Position numbers and translations under genes: made by a program
Shown: piece by piece, positions 43,951 through 58,300 of the stretch
How the letters are laid out: every line of letters begins with the position of its first letter
Numbering within the stretch: position 1 is the stretch's first letter
Notes under the pieces: model-generated
What the model saw: only the letters and a program-made list of their open reading frames with translations
Told to the model about the DNA's origin: nothing
Databases searched by the model: none
NCBI GenBank assembly: GCA_964016885.1
Contig: OZ024741.1
Location: 403,372,001 to 403,436,000, forward strand
DNA length: 64,000 nt
Origin: Eledone cirrhosa
Taxonomy: Eukaryota
Direction of reading: 5' to 3'

Positions 43951-46900
43951 CTATCTTTAACCCAGGTAGTGACTACTATCTTTAACCCAAGTAGGGACTA
44001 CTATCTTTAACCCAGGTAGTGACTACTATCTTTAACCCAAGTAGGGACTACTATCTTTAACCCAGGTAGTGACTACTATCTTTAACCCAGGTAGTGACTA
44101 CTATCTTTAACCCAGGTAGGGACTACTATATTTCACCCAGGTAGGGACTACTATCTTTAACCCAGGTAGTGGCTACTATCTTTAACCCAGGTAGTGACTA
44201 CTATCTTTAACCAAGGTAGGGACTTCTATCTTTAACCCAGGTAGTGACTACTATCTTTAACCCAGGTAGGGACTACTATCTTTAACCCAGGTAGGGACTT
44301 CTATCTTTAACCCAGGTAGGGACTACTATCTTTAACCCAAGTAGTGACTACTATCTTTAACCCAAGTAGGGACTACTATCTTTAACCCAGGTAGGGACTA
44401 CTATCTTTAACCCAGGTAGTGACTATCTTTAACCCAGGTAGGGACTACTATCTTTAACCCAGGTACTGACTACTATCTTTAACCAAGGTAGGGACTACTA
44501 TCTTTAACCCAGGTAGGGACTACTACCTTTAACCCAGGTAGTGACTACTATCTTTAATCAAAGTAGTGACTACTATCTTTAACCCAAGTAGGGACTACTA
44601 TCTTTAACCCAGGTAGGGACTACTATCTTTAACCCAGGTAGTGACTACTATCTTTAACCCAGGTAGGGACTACTATCTTTAACCAAGGCAGGGACTACTA
44701 TCTTTAACCCTGGTAGTGACTACTACCTTTAACCCAGGTAGGGACTTCTATCTTTAACCCAGGTAGGGACTACTATCTTTAACCCAGGTAGGGACTACTA
44801 TCTTTAACCCAGGTAGTGACTACTACCTTTAACCCAGGTAGGGACTACTATCTTTAACCCAGGTAGGGACTACTATCTTTAACCCAGGTAGTGACTACTA
44901 TCTTTAACCCAGGTAGGGACTACTATCTTTAACCCAGGTAGGGACTACTATCTTTAACCCAGGTAGTGACTACTATCTTTAACACAGGTAGGGACTTCTA
45001 TCTTTAACCCAGGTAGTGACTACTATCTTTAACCCAGGTAGTGACTACTATCTTTAACCCAGGTAGTGACTACTATCTTTAACCCAGGTAGGGACTACTA
45101 TCTTTAACCCAGGTAGGGACTACTATCTTTAACCCAGGTAGTGACTACTATCTTTAACCCAGGTAGTGACTACTATCTTTAACCCTGGTAGTGACTACTA
45201 TCTTTAACCCAGGTAGTGACTACTATCTTTAACCCAGGTAGGGACTTCTATCTTTAACCCAGGTAGTGACTACTATCTTTAACCCAGGTAGGGACTTCTA
45301 TCTTTAACCCAGGTAGTGACTGCTATCTTTAACCCAGGTAGGGACTTCTATCTTTAACCCAGGTAGTGACTACTATCTTTAACCCAGGTAGGGACTACTA
45401 TCTTTAACCCAGGTAGTGACTACTATCTTTAACCCAGGTAGTGACTACTAACTTTAACCCAGGTAGTGACTTCTATCTTTAACACAGGTAGTGACTACTA
45501 TCTTTAACCCAGGTAGTGACTACTATCTTTAACCCAGGTAGGGAATTCTATCGTTAACCCAGGTAGTGACTGCTATCTTTAACCCAGGTAGGGACTTCTA
45601 TCTTTAACCCAGGTAGTGACTACTATCTTTAACCCAGGTAGGGACTACTATCTTTAACCCAGGTAGTGGCTACTATCTTTAATCCAGGTAGTGATTACTA
45701 TCTTTAACCCAAGTAGGGACTACTATCTTTAACCCAGGTAGGGACTACTATCTTTAACCCAGGTAGTGGCTACTATCTTTAACCCAGGTAGTGACTACTA
45801 TCTTTAACCCAGGTAGGGACTACTATCTTTAACCCAGGTAGTGACTACTATCTTTAACCCAGGTAGGGACTACTATCTTTAACCCAAGTAGTGACTACTA
45901 TCTTTAACCCAGGTAGGGACTACTATCTTTAACCCTGGTAGTGACTACTATCTTTAACCCAGGTAGTGACTACTATCTTTAACCCAGGTAGGGACTACTA
46001 TCTTTAACCCAGGTATCGACTACTATCTTTAACCCAGGTAGTGACTACTATCTTTAACCCAGGTAGTGACTACTATCTTTAACCCAGGTAGGGACCATCT
46101 TTAACCCAGGTAGGGACTACTATCTTTAACCCAGGTAGTGACTTCTATCTTTAACCCAGGTAGTGACTATCTTTACCCCAGGTAGGGACTACTATCTTTA
46201 ACCCAGGTAGTGACTACTACCTTTAACCCAGGTAGTGACTACTACCTTTAACCCAGGTAGTGACTACTATCTTTAACCCAGGTAGGGACTACTATCTTTA
46301 ACCCAGGTAGTGACTACTATCTTTAACCCAGGTAGGGACTACTATCTTTAACCCAGGTAGTGACTATCTTTAACCCAGGTAGGGACTACTATCTTTAACC
46401 CAGGTAGGGACTACTATCTTTAACCCAGGTAGGGACTACTATCTTTAACCCAGGTAGGGACTACTATCTTTAACCCAGGTAGGGACTACTATCTTTAACC
46501 CAGGTAGTGACTACTATCTTTAACCCAGGTAGTGAATATCTTTAACCCAGGTAGGGACTACTATCTTTAACCCAGGTAGTGACTACTATCTTTAACCCAG
46601 GTAGTGACTATCTTTAACCCAGGTAGGGACTACTATCTTTAACCCAGGTAGGGACTACTATCTTTAACCCAGGTAGTGACTACTATCTTTAACCCAGGTA
46701 GGGACTACTATCTTTAACCCAGGTAGGGACTACTATCTTTAACCCAAGTAGTGACTACTATCTTTAACCCAGTTAGGGACTACTATCTTTAACCCAGGTA
46801 GTGACTACTATCTTTAACCCAGGTAGTGACTACTATCTTTAACCCAGGTAGGGACTACTACCTTTAACCCAGGTAGGGACTACTATCTTTAACCCAGGTA

Positions 46901-49900
46901 GTGACTACTACCTTTAACCCAGGTAGGGACTACTATCTTTAACCCAGGTAGTGACTACTACCTTTAACCCAGGTAGGGACTACTATCTTTAACCCAGGTA
47001 GTGACTACTATCTTTAACCCAGGTAGTGACTACTACCTTTAACCAAGGTAGGGACTACTATCTTTAACCCAGGTAGTGACTACTATCTTTAACCCTGGTA
47101 GTGACTACTACCTTTAACCCAGGTAGGGACTTCTATCTTTAACCCAGGTAGGGACTACTATCTTTAACCCAGGTAGGGACTTCTATCTTTAACCCAGGTA
47201 GGGACTACTATATTTAACCCAGGTAGGGACTTCTATCTTTAACCCAGGTAGTGACTACTATCTTTAACCCAGGTAGGGACTACTATCTTCAACCCAGGTA
47301 GTGACTACTACCTTTAACCCAGGTAGTGACTATCTTTCACCCAGGTAGTGACTACTATCTTTAACCCAGGTAGTGACTACTATCTTTAACCCAGGTAGGG
47401 ACTACTATCTTCAACCCAGGTAGTGACTACTACCTTTAACCCAGGTAGTGACTATCTTTCACCCAGGTAGGGACTACTATCTTTAACCCAGGTAGGGACT
47501 ACTATCTTTAACCCAGGTAGTGACTACTATCTTTAACCCAGGTAGTGACTACTATCTTTAACCAAGGTAGGGACTACTATCTTTAACCCAGGTAGGGACT
47601 ACTATCTTTAACCCAGGTAGGGACTACTATCTTTAACCCTGGTAGTGACTACTATCTTTAACCCAGGTAGTGACTACTATCTTTAACCCAGGTAGGGACT
47701 ACTATCTTCAACCCAGGTAGTGACTACTACCTTTAACCCAGGTAGTGACTATCTTTCACCCAGGTAGTGACTACTATCTTTAACCCAGGTAGGGACTACT
47801 ATCTTTAACCCAGGTAGGGACTACTATCTTTAACCCAGGTAGTGACTACTATCTTTAACCCAAGTAGGGACTACTATCTTTAACCCAGGTAGTGACTACT
47901 ATCTTTAACCCAGGTAGGGACTACTATCTTTAACCCAGGTAGTGACTACTATCTTTAACCAAGGTAGGGACTACTATCTTTAACCCAGGTAGGGACTACT
48001 ATCTTTAACCCAGGTAGGGACTACTATCTTTAACCCAGGTAGGGACTACTATCTTTAACCCAGGTAGTGACTACTATCTTTAACCCAGGTAGTGACTACT
48101 ATCTTTAACCCAAGTAGGGACTACTATCTTTAACCCAGGTAGTGACTACTATCTTTAACCCAAGTAGGGACTACTATCTTTAACCCAGGTAGTGACTACT
48201 ATCTTTAACCCAGGTAGTGACTACTATCTTTAACCCAGGTAGGGACTACTATATTTCACCCAGGTAGGGACTACTATCTTTAACCCAGGTAGTGGCTACT
48301 ATCTTTAACCCAGGTAGTGACTACTATCTTTAACCAAGGTAGGGACTTCTATCTTTAACCCAGGTAGTGACTACTATCTTTAACCCAGGTAGGGACTACT
48401 ATCTTTAACCCAGGTAGGGACTTCTATCTTTAACCCAGGTAGGGACTACTATCTTTAACCCAAGTAGTGACTACTATCTTTAACCCAAGTAGGGACTACT
48501 ATCTTTAACCCAGGTAGGGACTACTATCTTTAACCCAGGTAGTGACTATCTTTAACCCAGGTAGGGACTACTATCTTTAACCCAGGTACTGACTACTATC
48601 TTTAACCAAGGTAGGGACTACTATCTTTAACCCATGTAGGGACTACTACCTTTAACCCAGGTAGTGACTACTATCTTTAATCAAAGTAGTGACTACTATC
48701 TTTAACCCAAGTAGGGACTACTATCTTTAACCCAGGTAGTGACTACTACCTTTAACCCAGGTAGGGACTACTATCTTTAACCCAGGTAGGGACTACTATC
48801 TTTAACCCAGGTAGTGACTACTATCTTTAACCCAGGTAGGGACTACTATCTTTAACCCAGGTAGGGACTACTATCTTTAACCCAGGTAGTGACTACTATC
48901 TTTAACACAGGTAGGGACTTCTAACTTTAACCCAGGTAGTGACTACTATCTTTAACCCAGGTAGTGACTACTATCTTTAACCCAGGTAGTGACTACTATC
49001 TTTAACCCAGGTAGGGACTACTATCTTTAACCCAGGTAGGGACTACTATCTTTAACCCAGGTAGTGACTACTATCTTTAACCCAGGTAGTGACTACTATC
49101 TTTAACCCTGGTAGTGACTACTATCTTTAACCCAGGTAGTGACTACTATCTTTAACCCAGGTAGGGACTTCTATCTTTAACCCAGGTAGTGACTACTAAC
49201 TTTAACCCAGGTAGGGACTTCTATCTTTAACCCAGGTAGTGACTGCTATCTTTAACCCAGGTAGGGACTTCTATCTTTAACCCAGGTAGTGACTACTATC
49301 TTTAACCCAGGTAGGGACTACTATCTTTAACCCAGGTAGTGACTACTATCTTTAACCCAGGTAGTGACTACTAACTTTAACCCAGGTAGTGACTTCTATC
49401 TTTAACACAGGTAGTGACTACTATCTTTAACCCAGGTAGTGACTACTATCTTTAACCCAGGTAGGGAATTCTATCGTTAACCCAGGTAGTGACTGCTATC
49501 TTTAACCCAGGTAGGGACTTCTATCTTTAACCCAGGTAGTGACTACTATCTTTAACCCAGGTAGGGACTACTATCTTTAACCCAGGTAGTGACTACTATC
49601 TTTAACCCAGGTAGGGACTACTATCTTTAACCCAGGTAGTGACTTCTATCTTTAACCCAGGTAGTGACTACTATCTTTAACCCAGGTAGTGACTACTATC
49701 TTTAACCCAGGTAGTGACTTCTATCTTTAACACAGGTAGTGACTACTATCTTTAACCCAGGTAGGGACTACTATCTTTAACCCAGGTAGTGACTTCTATC
49801 TTTAACCCAGGTAGTGACTACTATCTTTAACCCAGGTAGGGACTACTATCTTTAACCCAGGTAGGGACTACTATCTTTAACCCAGGTAGTGACTACTATC

Positions 49901-52900
49901 TTTAACCCAGGTAGTGACTACTATCTTTAACCCAGGTAGGGACTACTATCTTTAACCCAGGTAGGGACTACTATCTTTAACCCAGGTATCGACTACTATC
50001 TTTAACCCAGGTAGTGACTACTATCTTTAACCCAGGTAGTGACTACTATCTTTAACCCAGGTAGTGACTACTATCTTTAACCCAGGTAGGGACTACTATC
50101 TTTAACCCAAGTAGTGACTACTATCTTTAACCCAGGTAGTGACTACTATCTTTAACCCAGGTAGGGACTACTATCTTTAACCCAGGTAGGGACTACTATC
50201 TTTAACCCAGGTAGTGACTATCTTTAACCCAGGTAGGGACTACTATCTTTAACCCAAGTAGTGACTACTATCTTTAACCCAGGTAGGGACTACTATCTTT
50301 AACCCAGGTAGTGACTATCTTTAACCCAGGTAGGGACTACTATCTTTAACCCAGGTAGGGACTACTATCTTTAACCAAGGTAGGGACTACTATCTTTAAC
50401 CCAGGTAGGGACTACTACCTTTAACCCAAGTAGGGACTACTACCTTTAACCCAGGTAGGGACTATCTTTAACCCAAGTAGTGACTACCATCTTTAACCCA
50501 GGTAGGGACTACTATCTTTAACCCAGGTAGTGACTATCTTTAACCCAGGTAGGGACTACTATCTTTAACCCAGGTAGGGACTACTATCTTTAACCCAGGT
50601 AGGGACTACTATCTTCAACCCAGGTAGTGACTACTATCTTTAACCCAGGTAGTGACTATCTTTAACCCAGATAGGGACTACTATCTTTAACCCAAGTAGT
50701 GACTACTATCTTTAACCCAGGTAGGGACTACTATCTTTAACCCAGGTAGTGACTATCTTTAACCCAGGTAGGGACTACTATCTTTAACCCAGGTAGGGAC
50801 TACTATCTTTAACCAAGGTAGGGACTACTATCTTTAACCCAGGTAGGGACTACTACCTTTAACCCAAGTAGGGACTACTACCTTTAACCCAGGTAGGGAC
50901 TATCTTTAACCCAAGTAGTGACTACCATCTTTAACCCAGGTAGGGACTACTATCTTTAACCCAGGTAGTGACTATCTTTAACCCAGGTAGGGACTACTAC
51001 CTTTAACCCAAGTAGGGACTACTACCTTTAACCCAGGTAGGGACTACTATCTTTAACCCAGGTAGGGACTACTATCTTTAACCCAAGTAGTGACTACCAT
51101 CTTTAACCCAGGTAGGGACTACTATCTTTAACCCAGGTAGGGACTACTATCTTTAACCCAGGTAGGGACTACTATCTTCAACCCAGGTAGGGACTACTAT
51201 CTTTAACCCAGGTAGTGACTACTATCTTTAACCCAGGTAGTGACTACTACCTTTAACCCAGGTAGGGACTACTATCTTTAACCCAGGTAGTGACTACTAT
51301 CTTTAACCCAGGTAGTGACTACTATCTTTAACCCAGGTAGTGACTACTACCTTTAACCCAGGTAGGGACTACTATCTTTAACCCAGGTAGTGACTACTAT
51401 CTTTAACCCAGGTAGTGACTACTACCTTTAACCCAGGTAGGGACTACTATCTTTAACCCAGGTAGTGACTACTATCTTTAACCCAGGTAGTGACTACTAT
51501 CTTTAACCCAGGTAGGGACTACTATCTTTAACCCAAGTAGGGACTACTATCTTTAACCCAGGTAGGGACTACTATCTTTAACCCAGGTAGGGAATACTAT
51601 CTTTAACCCAGGTAGGGACTACTATCTTTAACCCAAGTAGGGACTACTATCTTTAACCCAGGTAGTGACTACTATCTTTAACCCAGGTAGTGACTACTAT
51701 CTTTAACCCAGGTAGGGACTACTATCTTTAACCCAGGTAGTGACTACTATCTTTAACCCAGGTAGGGACTACTATCTTTAACCAAGGTAGGGACTACTAT
51801 CTTTAACCCAGGTAGGGACTACTATCTTTAACCCAGGTAGTGACTACTATCTTTAACCCAGGTAGTGACTACTACCTTTAACCCAGGTAGTGACTACTAT
51901 CTTTAACCCAGGTAGTGACTACTATCTTTAACCCAGGTAGGGACTATCTTTAACCCAGGTAGTGACTTCTACCTTTAACCCAGGTAGTGACTACTATCTT
52001 TAACCCAGGTAGTGACTACTATCTTTAACCAAGGTAGGGACTACTATCTTTAACCCAGGTAGGGACTACTATCTTTAACCCTGGTAGTGACTACTATCTT
52101 TAACCCAGGTAGTGACTACTATCTTTAACCAAGGTAGGGACTACTATCTTTAACCCAGGTAGGGACTACTATCTTTAACCCAGGTAGGGACTACTATCTT
52201 TAACCCAGGTAGGGGCTACTATCTTTAACCCTGGTAGTGACTACTATCTTTAACCCAGGTAGTGACTACTATCTTTAACCCAGGTAGGGACTACTATCTT
52301 TAACCCAGGTAGTGACTACTACCTTTAACCCAGGTAGGGACTACTATCTTTAACCCAGGTAGTGACTACTATCTTTAACCAAGGTAGGGACTACTATCTT
52401 TAACCCAGGTAGGGACTACTATCTTTAACCCAGGTAGGGACTACTATCTTTAACCCAGGTAGGGACTACTATCTTTAACCCAGGTAGTGACTACTATCTT
52501 TAACCCAGGTAGTGACTACTATCTTTAACCCAAGAAGGGACTACTATCTTTAACCCAGGTAGTGACTACTATCTTTAACCCAAGTAGGGACTACTATCTT
52601 TAACCCAGGTAGTGACTACTATCTTTAACCCAGGTAGTGACTACTATCTTTAACCCAGGTAGGGACTACTATATTTCACCCAGGTAGGGACTACTATCTT
52701 TGACCCAGGTAGTGGCTACTATCTTTAACCCAGGTAGTGACTACTATCTTTAACCAAGGTAGGGACTTCTATCTTTAACCCAGGTAGTGACTACTATCTT
52801 TAACCCAGGTAGGGACTACTATCTTTAACCCAGGTAGGGACTTCTATCTTTAACCCAGGTAGGGACTACTATCTTTAACCCAAGTAGTGACTACTATCTT

Positions 52901-55300
52901 TAACCCAAGTAGGGACTACTATCTTTAACCCAGGTAGGGACTACTATCTTTAACCCAGGTAGTGACTATCTTTAACCCAGGTAGGGACTACTATCTTTAA
53001 CCCAGGTACTGACTACTATCTTTAACCAAGGTAGGGACTACTATCTTTAACCCAGGTAGGGACTACTACCTTTAACCCAGGTAGTGACTACTATCTTTAA
53101 TCAAAGTAGTGACTACTATCTTTAACCCAAGTAGGGACTACTATCTTTAACCCAGGTAGGGACTACTATCTTTAACCCAGGTAGTGACTACTATCTTTAA
53201 CCCAGGTAGGGACTACTATCTTTAACCAAGGTAGGGACTACTATCTTTAACCCTGGTAGTGACTACTACCTTTAACCCAGGTAGGGACTTCTATCTTTAA
53301 CCCAGGTAGGGACTACTATCTTTAACCCAGGTAGGGACTACTATCTTTAACCCAGGTAGTGACTACTACCTTTAACCCAGGTAGGGACTACTATCTTTAA
53401 CCCAGGTAGGGACTACTATCTTTAACCCAGGTAGTGACTACTATCTTTAACCCAGGTAGGGACTACTATCTTTAACCCAGGTAGGGACTACTATCTTTAA
53501 CCCAGGTAGTGACTACTATCTTTAACACAGGTAGGGACTTCTATCTTTAACCCAGGTAGTGACTACTATCTTTAACCCAGGTAGTGACTACTATCTTTAA
53601 CCCAGGTAGTGACTACTATCTTTAACCCAGGTAGGGACTACTATCTTTAACCCAGGTAGGGACTACTATCTTTAACCCAGGTAGTGACTACTATCTTTAA
53701 CCCAGGTAGTGACTACTATCTTTAACCCTGGTAGTGACTACTATCTTTAACCCAGGTAGTGACTACTATCTTTAACCCAGGTAGGGACTTCTATCTTTAA
53801 CCCAGGTAGTGACTACTAACTTTAACCCAGGTAGGGACTTCTATCTTTAACCCAGGTAGTGACTGCTATCTTTAACCCAGGTAGGGACTTCTATCTTTAA
53901 CCCAGGTAGTGACTACTATCTTTAACCCAGGTAGGGACTACTATCTTTAACCCAGGTAGTGACTACTATCTTTAACCCAGGTAGTGACTACTAACTTTAA
54001 CCCAGGTAGTGACTTCTATCTTTAACACAGGTAGTGACTACTATCTTTAACCCAGGTAGTGACTACTATCTTTAACCCAGGTAGGGAATTCTATCGTTAA
54101 CCCAGGTAGTGACTGCTATCTTTAACCCAGGTAGGGACTTCTATCTTTAACCCAGGTAGTGACTACTATCTTTAAACCAGGTAGGGACTACTATCTTTAA
54201 CCCAGGTAGTGACTACTATCTTTAACCCAGGTAGGGACTACTATCTTTAACCCAGGTAGTGACTTCTATCTTTAACCCAGGTAGTGACTACTATCTTTAA
54301 CCCAGGTAGTGACTACTATCTTTAACCCAGGTAGTGACTTCTATCTTTAACACAGGTAGTGACTACTATCTTTAACCCAGGTAGGGACTACTATCTTTAA
54401 CCCAGGTAGTGACTTCTATCTTTAACCCAGGTAGTGACTACTATCTTTAACCCAGGTAGGGACTACTATCTTTAACCCAGGTAGGGACTACTATCTTTAA
54501 CCCAGGTAGTGACTACTATCTTTAACCCAGGTAGTGACTACTATCTTTAACCCAGGTAGGGACTACTATCTTTAACACAGGTAGTGACTACTATCTTTAA
54601 CCCAGGTATGGACTACTATCTTTAACCCAGGTAGTGACTACTATCTTTAACCCAGGTAGGGACTACTATCTTTAACCCAGGTAGGGACTACTATCTTTAA
54701 CCCAGGTATCGACTACTATCTTTAACCCAGGTAGTGACTACTATCTTTAACCCAGGTAGTGACTACTATCTTTAACCCAGGTAGTGACTACTATCTTTAA
54801 CCCAGGTAGGGACTACTATCTTTAACCCAAGTAGTGACTACTATCTTTAACCCAGGTAGTGACTACTATCTTTAACCCAGGTAGGGACTACTATCTTTAA
54901 CCCAGGTAGGGACTACTATCTTTAACCCAGGTAGTGACTATCTTTAACCCAGGTAGGGACTACTATCTTTAACCCAAGTAGTGACTACTATCTTTAACCC
55001 AGGTAGGGACTACTATCTTTAACCCAGGTAGTGACTATCTTTAACCCAGGTAGGGACTACTATCTTTAACCCAGGTAGGGACTACTATCTTTAACCAAGG
55101 TAGGGACTACTATCTTTAACCCAGGTAGGGACTACTACCTTTAACCCAAGTAGGGACTACTACCTTTAACCCAGGTAGGGACTATCTTTAACCCAAGTAG
55201 TGACTACCATCTTTAACCCAGGTAGGGACTACTATCTTTAACCCAGGTAGTGACTATCTTTAACCCAGGTAGGGACTACTATCTTTAACCCAGGTAGGGA
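43800..55300. repeat. Three related blocks spaced about 3.9-4.6 kb apart
   Basis: AGGTACTGAC at 44461, 48584 and 53004. TAATCAAAG near 44556, 48678 and 53098. GGGAATTCTATCGTTAAC at 45541, 49464 and 54084. Confidence 0.9.
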
Positions 55301-58300
55301 CTACTATCTTTAACCCAGGTAGGTACTACTATCTTTAACCAAGGTAGGGACTACTATCTTTAACCCAGGTAGTGACTACTATCTTTAACCCAGGTAGGGA
55401 CTACTATCTTTAACCCAGGTAGGTACTACTATCTTTAACCCAGGTAGGTACTACTATCTTTAACCCAGGTAGGGACTACTATCTTTAACCAAGGTAGGGA
55501 CTACTACCTTTAACCCAGGTAGTGACTATCTTTAACCCAAGTAGTGACTACTATCTTTAACCCAGGTAGGTACTACTATCTTTAACCCAGGTAGTGACTA
55601 TCTTTAACCCAGGTAGGGACTACTATCTTTAACCCAGGTAGGGACTACTATCTTTAACCCAGGTAGGTACTACTATCTTTAACCAAGGTAGGGACTACTA
55701 CCTTTAACCCAGGTAGTGACTACTATCTTTAACCCAGGTAGGGACTACTATCTTTAACCCAGGTAGTGACTACTATCTTTAACCCAGGTAGGGACTACTA
55801 CCTTTAACCCAGGTATCGACTACTATCTTTAACCCAGGTAGGGACTACTATCTTTAACCCAGGTAGGGACTACTATCTTTAACCCAGGTAGGTACTACTA
55901 TCTTTAACCAAGGTAGGGACTACTACCTTTAACCCAGGTAGTGACTACTACCTTTAACCCAGGTAGGGTCTACTATCTTTAACCCAGGTAGTGACTACTA
56001 TCTTTAACCCAGGTAGGGACTACTACCTTTAACCCAGGTATCGACTACTATCTTTAACCCAGGTAGGGACTACTATCTTTAACCCAGGTAGGGACTACTA
56101 TCTTTAACCCAGGTAGGGACTACTATCTTTAACCCTGGTAGTGACTACTATCTTTAACCCAGGTAGGGACTACTATCTTTAACCCAGGTAGGGACTACTA
56201 CCTTTAACCCAGGTAGTGACTACTATCTTTAACCCAGGTAGGGACTACTATCTTTAACCCAGGTAGTGACTACTATCTTTAACCCAGGTAGGGACTACTA
56301 TCTTTAACCCAGGTAGTGACTACTACCTTTAACCCAGGTAGTGACTACTATCTTTAACCCAGGTAGGGACTACTATCTTTAACCCAGGTAGGGACTACTA
56401 TCTTTAACCCAAGTAGGGACTACTATCTTTAACCCAGGTAGGGACTACTATCTTTAACCCAGGTAGGGACTACTACCTTTAACCCAGGTATCGACTACTA
56501 TCTTTAACCCAGGTAGGGACTACTATCTTTAACCCAGGTAGGGACTACTATTTTTAACCCAGGTAGGGACTACTACCTTTAACCCAGGTAGTGACTACTA
56601 TCTTTAACCCAAGTAGTGACTACTATCTTTAACCCAAGTAGGGACTACTATCTTTAACCCAGGTAGGGACTACTACCTTTAACCCAGGTATCGACTACTA
56701 TCTTTAACCCAGGTAGGGACTACTATCTTTAACCCAGGTAGGGACTACTATCTTTAACCCAGGTAGGGACTACTACCTTTAACCCAGGTAGTGACTACTA
56801 TCTTTAACCCAGGTAGGGACTTCTATCTTTAACCCAGGTAGTGACTACTATCTTTAACCCAGGTAGGGACTACTATCTTTAACCCAGGTAGGGACTACTA
56901 CCTTTAACCCAGGTAGTGACTACTATCTTTAACCCAGGTAGGGACTTCTATCTTTAACCCAGGTAGGGACTACTATCTTTAACCCAGGTAGGGACTACTA
57001 TCTTTAACCCAGGTATCGACTACTATCTTTAACCCAGGTATCGACTACTATCTTTAACCCAGGTAGGGACTACTACCTTTAACCCAGGTAGTGACTACTA
57101 TCTTTAAACCAGGTAGGGACTACTATCTTTAACCCAGGTAGGGACTACTACCTTTAACCCAGGTATCGACTACTATCTTTAACCCAGGTAGGGACTACTA
57201 TCTTTAACCAAGGTAGGGACTTCTATCTTTAACCCAGGTAGTGACTACTATCTTTAACCCAGGTAGGGACTACTATCTTTAACCCAGGTAGGGACTTCTA
57301 TCTTTAACCCAGGTAGGGACTTCTATCTTTAACCCAGGTAGGGACTATCTTTAACCCAGGTAGGGACTACTATCTTTAACCCAAGTAGTGACTACTACCT
57401 TTAACCCAGGTAGTGACTACTATCTTTAACCCAGGTAGGGACTTCTATCTTTAACCCAGGTAGGGACTTCTATCTTTAACCCAGGTAGGGACTACTATCT
57501 TTAACCCAAGTAGTGACTACTACCTTTAACCCAGGTAGTGACTACTATCTTTAACCCAGGTAGGGACTACTATCTTTAACCCAGGTAGGGACTACTATCT
57601 TTAACCCAGGTAGGGACTACTACCTTTAACCCAGGTATCGACTACTATCTTTAACCCAGGTAGGGACTACTATCTTTAACCCAGGTAGGGACTACTATCT
57701 TTAACCCAGGTAGGTACTACTATCTTTAACCAAGGTAGGGACTACTACCTTTAACCCAGGTAGTGACTACTACCTTTAACCCAGGTAGGGTCTACTATCT
57801 TTAACCCAGGTAGTGACTACTATCTTTAACCCAGGTAGGGACTACTACCTTTAACCCAGGTATCGACTACTATCTTTAACCCAGGTAGGGACTACTATCT
57901 TTAACCCAGGTAGGGACTACTATCTTTAACCCAGGTAGGGACTTCTATCTTTAACCCAGGTAGGGACTTCTATCTTTAACCCAGGTAGGGACTATCTTTA
58001 ACCCAGGTAGGGACTACTATCTTTAACCCAAGTAGTGACTACTACCTTTAACCCAGGTAGTGACTACTATCTTTAACCCAGGTAGGGACTTCTATCTTTA
58101 ACCCAGGTAGGGACTTCTATCTTTAACCCAGGTAGGGACTACTATCTTTAACCCAAGTAGTGACTACTACCTTTAACCCAGGTAGTGACTACTATCTTTA
58201 ACCCAGGTAGGGACTACTATCTTTAACCCAGGTAGGGACTTCTATCTTTAACCCAGGTAGGGACTTCTATCTTTAACCCAGGTAGGGACTATCTTTAACC

